From: Blepharisma stoltei ATCC 30299
Lineage: Eukaryota > Protista > Ciliophora
DNA: 64,000 nucleotides
Assembly (NCBI GenBank): GCA_965603825.1
Contig: CBFDEM010000057.1
Span: 124,001-188,000 of the forward strand
Direction of reading: 5' to 3'
The position numbers and the translations under genes were made by a program. The notes under the pieces were generated by a model, which was not told the origin of the DNA, searched no databases, and was given only the letters and a program-made list of their open reading frames with translations. Shown here piece after piece: positions 55,882 through 64,000 of the stretch; the first letter of the stretch is position 1, and the number at the start of each line of letters is the position of its first letter.

Positions 55882-58812
55882 TTAAAGATATAATGAAGCA
55901 GCGAATACTATCCCTCTTTGGATCAAACGGATACCTTCAGCGAATTTCTCAGAAAGCTCGTGGCTTTGGATAGATCTTGCTGCGTCGTGTAACTGTCTAA
56001 GGAGCTCGTGAAGCCTACGAATGCATCGGATGATGGTGCCTTCATATACGTCTGTAAGCTGGCAGACTTCAGAAAATTTAGCACCGTGAGCCCAAGAAAA
56101 GACTGCTTCCATTAGGGAAGGTTTGCAGGAATTTATGTATGATTCTTGGTCAATATTTAGCTTGCTTTGTACAAAGACGTCAGCGAAGCGGGTTGCGATA
56201 TCAACCAAAAGCTTGTAGGCTGAAGCCAACTCTGGGTGTGAAGGCTTTTTGGACTCTGCTGAATTTTCTTCATGGACAAGACAGCTGAGAAGTGCGACCA
56301 TTATGTCGATTGGAAGATCATTAAAAATACCTCCAAGCATCATTTCTGTTGTTAAGAGCTCGTCACTTGTGGAGATTTCACAGGCGACTCTGCCTTTAAG
56401 CTCCACGTGATTTTCACTGCAAAATCCAAGCCTTCTTAAAATTCTTCTCATGGCTTTCCAGTCATCTTTTAAGATCATTGTTTTGCTGGCCTTAAGTTGT
56501 TTGCTTAACAATTCTATTGCTTGACTAATACTCTTTTTCTCTTCATATTTCGCTTTAATTTCCAGAAAATCAGGTCTTTTGACTACCGGCAACGCTTTTT
56601 CCATTTCATCTAGCTCCGTAATTTTAGACAGTGCAGCAATAAAATCAGGGTCACTTATTTTTAGATCATTTATAGGATCCAACAAGGGAATATTTCCATT
56701 AAGCTGTTTATAAGCTTTCCTTAAGTCAGACACAGTCCCAGGAAGAAATTCTTTGCTTTTCAAGTCAGGCTTAATATAAAGCCTCAGCTGGCTTACTTTA
56801 TCAATTGAGTCTAACTGAAACCGCATTGAATAGGCTTCTCCTTCATCTGAATTCATATCAAGAAGAGGAAGTGGCACATCTTTCATAAGGACATAAATAG
56901 CTACATCAATTATAAACTTTACTTGAACTTCTTCTTCAAGATCTTTTAGCTTCTTTTTATCAACTCTTTTCTTTGTGCAACAAGTTATCACTCCCCAGCC
57001 CCATTCAATCCCTTTATGGTCAATTATATATACAATTCTTCCTGGGTTCATAAATCTCGCAATAACTTCAGGATTTTGAATATATTTTTTAATTGTTTTT
57101 TTAAATGACTGTTTTGCGACTTCTATATTGTCGTATTCTTCCATTTCATTTTCATGCTCAAAAGTGATTTCATTTAGCTTGTTTTGCAGTTCGATTTTCT
57201 TTTTCATTACTTCAGGGCATGATCTATCATTTTGGAACTGGTGAAAAGACTTTTTGATCATTTGTTCAGGATGCGAATCTTCGATTCGCATTAAATTCAG
57301 AAGCATATTGTAGCTTAAGTGGAACATTGAATTTAAAGGATCGCTATGCCCTTTTACCATTCCTTTAGCTATTTCTGGCTCCATTTTTTGATCAACCATT
57401 AAGATGCAGATCCCTTTGTCGTCAATTCCTCTTCTCCCAGCCCTTCCAGACATTTGTATGTATTCTCCTCCAGAAATCCATCTGAAGCTTTCTCCATCAA
57501 ACTTCCTAACATTAGTAAAAACAACAGTTCTTGCAGGCATATTTAGTCCCATGCTGAAAGTTTCAGTACTAAATAGACATTTGACAAAGCCTTCTTGGAA
57601 GAGAATTTCTGTGACTTCTTTTATAATAGGCAATAACCCTCCATGATGGATTCCTACCCCTTTTTTCAACAATGGGAGGACATTTTGGATCATAGGGAGA
57701 CTTTTGTCTTCTTCTGCCAATGTATCAATCGCGTTTACAAAAATCTGTTCAATTGCAGCTTTTTCTTCATCTGAGGTAAAATCATGCTTATTTAAAGAAA
57801 TTGCATAAGCTTCGCATTCTCTTTTGCTGAAGCTAAACACAATGGCAGGCTTCATATCTTTTTCCATAATCAACTGGACAATTTTGGTGACTTCTGAGTT
57901 ATTCCCTGGGCCAACTTTTCTGTTTTGTTTTCCATCTTGGAGATCAGTCAAGCATGAAATGGCTTTTTTGAAGCTTTTTTCTTTAAATTTCCCAAACTCA
58001 TCAACTACTAAATAAAGTCCTTCTCCGCCTGAAGGGAATATATAATGCTGCAATGGTGTTGGACGATATTCAGTATACACCACATGGCAAGGCTGCTTTT
58101 TAAGCTTGCATACCCATTCAGCGAACTCTAATGCATTAGGAATAGTTGCTGATAAAAATATCAGTTTTATAGCTTCAGGCAGCAAAATAATGGTTTCTTC
58201 CCATACGACGCCTCTTTCTTTGTCTCTCATGTAATGGATTTCATCAAAAATGACCCATTTCATTTCGCGGACAACTTCACTGCCTTTGTATAGCATTGAT
58301 CGGAGAATTTCTGTGGTCATTACGAGACAGCTTGCACTTTCATTGATGGTGACATCGCCTGTCATTAGTCCAACATCTTTAAATTCGTCGTGGAATTCTC
58401 GATATTTCTGGTTACTTAGAGCTTTAATTGGGGATGTATATATAACTCTTTGGTTGTTTTTTAATGCGGATGCAATCGCATACTCAGCTACAGCTGTTTT
58501 GCCAGCTGAAGTGTGAGCGGCTACGAGGACACTTTCGTTGTTTTCGATACATTTTATAGCGCATTTTTGGAAAGGGTCTAGCTCGAATTTATAAGTTTTT
58601 GCTGGTTCTGTTTGGCTAATTTCATTTTCAACATAATCAATAGGGTATGCACATTCATGTGTGCAGCCATCAATATCTTCAGTTTTCACATAATATTCTT
58701 CTTTGAATTCTTCCAGCTCTTCCTCTTCTCTCATTCTCTTTTTCGGTAGCTGAACTTTTGATTTTGCCCCTTCCTGGAAGACATCAAATAAACCTGTTCC
58801 GAAGTCTTCCAT
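55882..58812 (-). CDS. MTR4: Exosome RNA helicase MTR4
   Basis: AHTSAGKT, SPIKALSNQ, DEIH, SATIPN, QMSGRAGRRG, C-terminal RGIVFAASLYL. Confidence 0.96.
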   Translation of the reverse strand: MEDFGTGLFDVFQEGAKSKVQLPKKRMREEEELEEFKEEYYVKTEDIDGCTHECAYPIDYVENEISQTEPAKTYKFELDPFQKCAIKCIENNESVLVAAHTSAGKTAVAEYAIASALKNNQRVIYTSPIKALSNQKYREFHDEFKDVGLMTGDVTINESASCLVMTTEILRSMLYKGSEVVREMKWVIFDEIHYMRDKERGVVWEETIILLPEAIKLIFLSATIPNALEFAEWVCKLKKQPCHVVYTEYRPTPLQHYIFPSGGEGLYLVVDEFGKFKEKSFKKAISCLTDLQDGKQNRKVGPGNNSEVTKIVQLIMEKDMKPAIVFSFSKRECEAYAISLNKHDFTSDEEKAAIEQIFVNAIDTLAEEDKSLPMIQNVLPLLKKGVGIHHGGLLPIIKEVTEILFQEGFVKCLFSTETFSMGLNMPARTVVFTNVRKFDGESFRWISGGEYIQMSGRAGRRGIDDKGICILMVDQKMEPEIAKGMVKGHSDPLNSMFHLSYNMLLNLMRIEDSHPEQMIKKSFHQFQNDRSCPEVMKKKIELQNKLNEITFEHENEMEEYDNIEVAKQSFKKTIKKYIQNPEVIARFMNPGRIVYIIDHKGIEWGWGVITCCTKKRVDKKKLKDLEEEVQVKFIIDVAIYVLMKDVPLPLLDMNSDEGEAYSMRFQLDSIDKVSQLRLYIKPDLKSKEFLPGTVSDLRKAYKQLNGNIPLLDPINDLKISDPDFIAALSKITELDEMEKALPVVKRPDFLEIKAKYEEKKSISQAIELLSKQLKASKTMILKDDWKAMRRILRRLGFCSENHVELKGRVACEISTSDELLTTEMMLGGIFNDLPIDIMVALLSCLVHEENSAESKKPSHPELASAYKLLVDIATRFADVFVQSKLNIDQESYINSCKPSLMEAVFSWAHGAKFSEVCQLTDVYEGTIIRCIRRLHELLRQLHDAARSIQSHELSEKFAEGIRLIQRGIVFAASLYL

Positions 58813-58837
58813 TTATCTAAATATGTGATAATTATAA

Positions 58838-59452
58838 ATGGAAGCAGAAGAAGCCAATAAGCTTTACAGGATTTGGAGGACCCTCATGCAAATGCTGCAA
58901 GACAGAGAATACCACGTGCCTAACGATCAAGCAAACTATACTCTTGCCGCTTTCAAAGATAAATACTGTGAGTCCAAAACAAGGGAAGCCTTAAACTTCC
59001 AGTTCTCAAAAGTAGACGACGACAACAAAAAGATCTTTGTTTGTTTCCCTGACGACCAAAGAATCGCTGTCCCCATCATTGCATCAGTTGCCCAAAGAAT
59101 GCACAAAGAAGGATTCGAACGAGCAATAATTATTGGCAAAGGGATCATAACCCCTTCAGCTAAAACTGCCATTGTGGAGCTGCAAAATCATTTTATAATA
59201 GAATATTTCGAAGAAAAAGAGCTCTTGGTCAACATCACTGAGCATGAACTTGTACCAAAGCACATTGTGATGACTTCAGAAGAAAAGGGAGCCTTGCTAA
59301 AAAGATATAGAGTCAAGGAAAGCCAGCTCCCAAAAATCCAAACTACTGATCCTGTAGCAAGATATCTAGGCCTGCAGAGAGGACAAGTTGTGAAAATTAT
59401 AAGGAATAGCGAAACAGCTGGAAAATATATTACATACCGCTTAGCAGTTTAA
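58838..59452 (+). CDS. RPB5: RNA polymerase I/II/III common subunit RPB5
   Basis: ELLVNITEHELVPKH, QLPKIQTTDPVARY.GL..GQVVKIIR.SETAG.YITYR. Confidence 0.98.
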   Translation: MEAEEANKLYRIWRTLMQMLQDREYHVPNDQANYTLAAFKDKYCESKTREALNFQFSKVDDDNKKIFVCFPDDQRIAVPIIASVAQRMHKEGFERAIIIGKGIITPSAKTAIVELQNHFIIEYFEEKELLVNITEHELVPKHIVMTSEEKGALLKRYRVKESQLPKIQTTDPVARYLGLQRGQVVKIIRNSETAGKYITYRLAV

Positions 59453-59539
59453 ATAACCTTTAATTTGATTTGAAAATATGAGGAGGTTTTGGGCTTGGTG
59501 GATATAATAAGAAATTAAGATATTTTTAAAGCTGTAAAT

Positions 59540-59779
59540 ATGGGATGCAAATGTTCTAATACAGTTGTAAAAGGCACTGTGCAGGCTAAAGATCATAAAT
59601 CGACAGCAGATGATATTAAAAGCAATAAGGACTCGACTGTCAGTAAGAAAGAAACTACAGATATAAAAGAAGAAACAAATGTAATGGTTTCTGTTCTACA
59701 TGAGTTTTTGGATGATATATACTCTAGGGCTCTAGAAAATGTTGCGAAAAAAACGAAATTGACAGAAAAAAGAATATAG
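59540..59779 (+). CDS. Small protein with myristoylation/palmitoylation-type N-terminus
   Basis: MGCKCS start; 79-aa ORF ending TAG. Confidence 0.6.
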   Translation: MGCKCSNTVVKGTVQAKDHKSTADDIKSNKDSTVSKKETTDIKEETNVMVSVLHEFLDDIYSRALENVAKKTKLTEKRI

Positions 59780-60046
59780 TTATGCTTTAGGAGTTTTAAA
59801 TGCATGATAAGTCTATTTTATATTTAAAATTATGTGAGTTTGATTTTGAGTAATCTGAATTTTTTTAGAAATGATATACTTTCTTGGTAAATATAGGAGG
59901 CCTCTAGCATATGGAGTCATCTTACACGTGTGGAAATTTTTCTGGCAATTGGAGAATAACTCCAAATGTCAAAATTCATGCGAAGTATAATATAATTTTC
60001 CTGAAAATTATTAAATCTCGGAATTATATAAAATTACGTTAGCTTT

Positions 60047-61162
60047 TTACGCTTCTTCTTCTATAATTGTTTCAAAATATTGCTCTTTCAAAAATGAGCT
60101 TCTTGGCTGCCTTCGTCGATTACTTTTAACTTTTCTCTCAATTCATCTTTCTGGATTTTTTAAAGCTTGGCTTACCCATGTACTCCAATTTTCAATTGGA
60201 ATATTATGATTTACCGCTTCATTATAAAGTTTCTGTATATCAATATTTTGTATTTGACTGCTGCTTGCTGATTTCATTTTAATTCCTAGACAAATCGAAT
60301 AAAAAAACCTTTGTAAATTATCTCCACCATTCATTCTTTCAGTCAAATCTTCAAATTCTTCCACCTTTGTCATATCTTCTTCTACTGCAGCAGAGCTCAC
60401 AACAGAAGAATTCACACTTTTAAAGCTAGATATTTCACTTGAAATTTCTTCAAGTTTTCTATTTATATCAGTTTCCTTCATTCCAGGATGCTTCAGAAGT
60501 GTCCTCTGCAAAATGGTTGCCCTTGATTTATATTTTTCGACGTCATCTCTTAATTTGTTAACTTCGAGCTTTTTTTGCTCAATTTCGTATTCCTGAATTG
60601 CTAATTTTTGGTCTTGGGCGAGTGATTGTAATCGGTCAGCATATATTCTAATAGACAAAGAGCCTCGAAATGTGACTAGTAGGGAACTTAACGAAGTAAG
60701 TACTTCTGCATTGTCTTTGAATGCAGGAGGGGTAATATTTGAAATCTTATTACACATTCGTGATAAGATAGCTATATAATTTTTATCCCCTGGGCGAAGC
60801 CCAGGAGTAGTGGCTATGTCAGCTAAGCACTTTTCAAGTTTTTGAAGTTTAAAGTTAGTTTGCGACAAAAACGACTCTGATTCGACTTCTAAGACGTTTT
60901 CAGAGACCCTAACACAATGTGAAGAATGCTCTTCAATAATATTAACATTTATCAGATTTTGGCAATTAATGCACAGAATATTTAATTCAGTCTCACTATC
61001 TTCTTCAATAGGCTTTTTTTCAATTCTCCGAGATGTGCTGAGTTTTTCATAAATAGGGCTTGCACCAATCATAGAAGGTCTTGAAAAAATTGGCAGAGAA
61101 TGGATTTTTTGAGAAGAGCTGGATGATCGATCTGTATATGGTTTTGGGTATGAATTTCTCAT
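60047..61162 (-). CDS. Hypothetical protein with C2HC zinc-binding motif and coiled-coil (one UGA=Trp)
   Basis: CINC...EEHSSHC; frame continues through TGA 60143 to TAA 60047. Confidence 0.8.
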
Positions 61163-61388
61163 TATTTTTTTAAATTATATTATATGGAGCACAATAAATG
61201 CAAATAAAAGCTAATTTAGTGATAAAGTGGAAGAAAAAATTAGCTTATATATAAAAGTGAAAATGAATATTTTGTTTAATATAAAAAAATAATTGAATTA
61301 ATTATATTAAGAGAATCAGGTCTTATAAAATATAAAATTTTATGTATGCATAGTTTATACAGACTTCCTACAAGAAATTTATAAAAAG

Positions 61389-61461
61389 TGCGGCTTGTGA
61401 GGATTGAACTCACGACCTCGAGATTATGAGACTCGCGCTCTACCGACTGAGCCAAAGCCGC
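61389..61461 (-). tRNA. tRNA-Met(CAU), elongator type
   Basis: GCGGCTT..GCTCAGTCGGTAGAGC..CT CAT AA..GTTCAAT..AAGCCGCA. 73 nt, G1:C72, followed by a T5 Pol III terminator. Confidence 0.97.
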
Positions 61462-61774
61462 ATGAAAGCTTTGTTTTAATTTGGTATTTATAATATTTTC
61501 AATTATCTCCTTTATTTCTTGCTATTTATTCTAACTAACTTATGAGGGCTATCATCACATTTATATTTTAAATTATATCAACCAATCACAAATAATGGCA
61601 CACTTAGTTAATTAAAATATACTTATAAATGCTTTAATAGGAAGAATATTTTTAAAAAAATAAATCTAAATTTATGTTAATTTACAGAAAAGTTGCTTAA
61701 ATATTATACGCATTCTTTTTGCATATATTTTAAAAAAAGTTCGATTGGCATTTTTTAATTAAATATATCTATAA

Positions 61775-62557
61775 TTACTCCAGTGCTGAATACCCATGGC
61801 TTCCCCAAATACTCAATATTTCGTATATCAACAATCCAATTTCTAACAGGAATAAAGGAATCATCGCGACCGACGGAGGAATTTCTGATATCTCAACACA
61901 CATCGTTATTAAAACTGTAAATGCAATCAAAAACGATAAAATCGCCAGCTCAGTTTTATTACTTAAACCTTGGTTTTTATTAAAATACGCTACCAAGTGC
62001 ACTCCACACACCACCCAAATCGGAATGAAAACAAAATAGAAGTTTTCATAATCCCATTCATCAGCATATAATAAGAATAAAACCGCCGACCCAAAAGCCC
62101 CGCAAAAATATCCAAATAATAAGAATGCTTCTACTTTCATATTCACATCTTTATGAGTTAGACCTGGACAAATATAAATACAAAAGGCTAAATAGATAAA
62201 TAATAAATATCATAATGGTATGAAAACAACTGTTCAGAGAGTATCAACAAATTCATCTAGTAAAAATGCTGATAAAATAATAAAGACTGCACACGAAGCT
62301 GTTCCATTATAGACTAGAAGCATGATTATCCATTCAGAAGTTGGGTTCATAAGTGGAGAAGCATAAGCAAAGCTGAGACTCAGGCAGATAGGCAAGAGTA
62401 TGAGAGGAATCAGCAAAGGGAGTATTATGATACTCCATCATATTGAAATGACTTCTTCTAAGCATAGAGCAGCTAGAACTGTTGTAATAGCAATACCAGT
62501 TCATCCAATAATCTTTAAAATCAGAAGTCATTTTTCAACTTGAGCTGCTGAATGCAT
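61775..62557 (-). CDS. TMEM185/TMEM60-like multi-pass membrane protein, several UGA=Trp
   Basis: Repeated [W]TVVFIPL[W], FVFIPIW and AMIPLF motifs; one frame from ATG 62557. Confidence 0.82.
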
Positions 62558-63003
62558 TTTATTTTTTATATTGGAAAACAGCTAGTTTTATTTATGTTAG
62601 AGTATATTCGTACCATGAAGACTATAGATTATCATTAGAATCTCTGGAAGATCCAGCATTTTTGTTGTAATTAAAGTTAATGAACTTCAGAAAGATAATT
62701 AAGTTTGAAGAAAATTTTAAAATTAATTGAATTTTAATGAAATACCATTAATCTGATAATAATATTCATTCATGAAGTTAATTTTCAAAGGTAAACAGCT
62801 TCTTTTACAATAATCATTTATCTTTTCGTTCTAAATTCTGAATATTTTATGGCCAAAAAGAATCTAAATATTTATTAGTAATGATTATCAAAATTTAATA
62901 GGAATTATGCTCATCAATAAAGAGAATTTATATTAACTTGATTCTCCATCTTTTCAACTAAATGATTACAAATTGATAGCTTGCACTAATTAATAACAAA
63001 CAA

Positions 63004-64000
63004 ATGTCCTTATCTGACTTCGAAGTTTTGAAAAAATTAGGAGACGGCGCATATAGCACAGTTTACCAAGTTAAAAGAAAAACCGACAATCAAATTTATG
63101 CCCTCAAAAAAGTCAGAATGGCATCCTTAAAACCCAAAGAAAAAAGAAACGCTCTTAACGAAGTCCGGATTATGGCAAGCATCAAGCATCCCAACGTGAT
63201 TTCTTACAAAGAAGCTTTTTTCGACGACGAAAGCGGAAGCTTATGTTTAATTATGGAATATGCAGACTCAGGAGATTTATATCAAAAAATTTTAGCATAT
63301 CAGAAGAAAGGCTGCTACCTCAGTGAAAATTACATTTGAAATATTTTTATTCAACTTCTAAGAGGCTTAAAAGCTTTGCATGATTTAAGCATCTTGCATA
63401 GAGACTTGAAATCAGCCAATGTATTTTTAAATAAAGACGGGACTGTAAAGCTAGGGGATATGAATGTGTCAAAAGTTGCAAAGGACGGACTTTTGTATAC
63501 ACAGACAGGGACTCCTTATTATGCAAGTCCTGAAGTGTGAAGAGACCAGCCATATGATGCAAAAAGTGATATGTGGTCTTTAGGATGTGTACTATATGAA
63601 GCGATAACTCTGAAGCCTCCTTTTAGAGCTGAAGATATGAATGGATTGTTTCAGAAAGTCGTTAAAGGGGAATATCCACCTATTCCGAGAACATTTTCAA
63701 AAGATTTAGCAAACACTTTAAGCCAGCTTTTACAAATTGAAGCGTCTAGAAGGCCAAGCTGTGAAGTTATGCTCAGAAGCTCTTTATTACAGAGACATAT
63801 TGCTGAAAAATATACAGAGACAGACTCTCTGCATGAAAACTCTTTACTTGGCTCTATAAAACTTCCGAAAAATATAAAATTAATCACAGATTTTCTGCCA
63901 AAGCCAAACTACAGAGATTTGCGCGCAAACTTTTCTGAGCCAATCCCTAGCAGTGAAAAAACACCATCTAAATCTCCATCAAAATCAAAATTCTCCACAA
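63004..64000 (+). CDS. NIMA-related (NEK) kinase, 3' end off window; two UGA=Trp
   Basis: GDGAYSTV, ALNEVRI, HRDLKSAN, LGDMNVSK, TQTGTPYYASPEV[W]. Confidence 0.95.

Noticed and set aside
59800-60010. Possible snRNA/snoRNA (Sm-like AATTTTTCTGG, box-like motifs)
   Set aside because: No canonical C/D pair with a terminal stem and no recognisable snRNA structure; would need an Infernal/Rfam search.
1-64000. Many genes apparently split by premature stops (pseudogenes or selenoproteins)
   Set aside because: The TGAs align to conserved Trp, not Cys/Sec, and internal TAG/TAA fall within 15-nt introns.

Overview
Gene-dense, AT-rich eukaryotic DNA that reads as the macronuclear genome of a heterotrich ciliate, most likely Blepharisma. 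UGA is read as Trp: it sits at conserved Trp positions in BUD31, COX11, Aurora-type DFGW, NEK SPEVW and carboxypeptidase LWLNGGP. Genes end only in TAA or TAG. The ten introns I could identify are all exactly 15 nt with an A at position 10. The supplied ORF track therefore fragments many genes. After correction there are about 42 protein-coding genes, including GCP2, BUD31, COX11, CTDSP-like, Vms1/VLRF1, DYRK, YIPF, ankyrin-AGC kinase, TMEM8-like, CCDC112-like, centrin, MADS, CCCH, GH38 mannosidase, PEX14, S10 carboxypeptidase, MYND-Aurora-like kinase, thiolase, MTR4, RPB5 and NEK, plus one tRNA-Met. The stand-out is a ~1.6 kb insertion (30101-31707, minus strand). It is flanked by an exact 16-bp target-site duplication, ends in two hairpins plus an (AATAG)3 tail, and encodes only a decayed LINE ORF1-like protein (RRM-like region, CCHH zinc knuckle, hexapeptide repeats) with no reverse transcriptase. 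It looks like an ORF1-only, non-autonomous non-LTR retroelement. All product calls come from motif recognition by eye; no database search was run.
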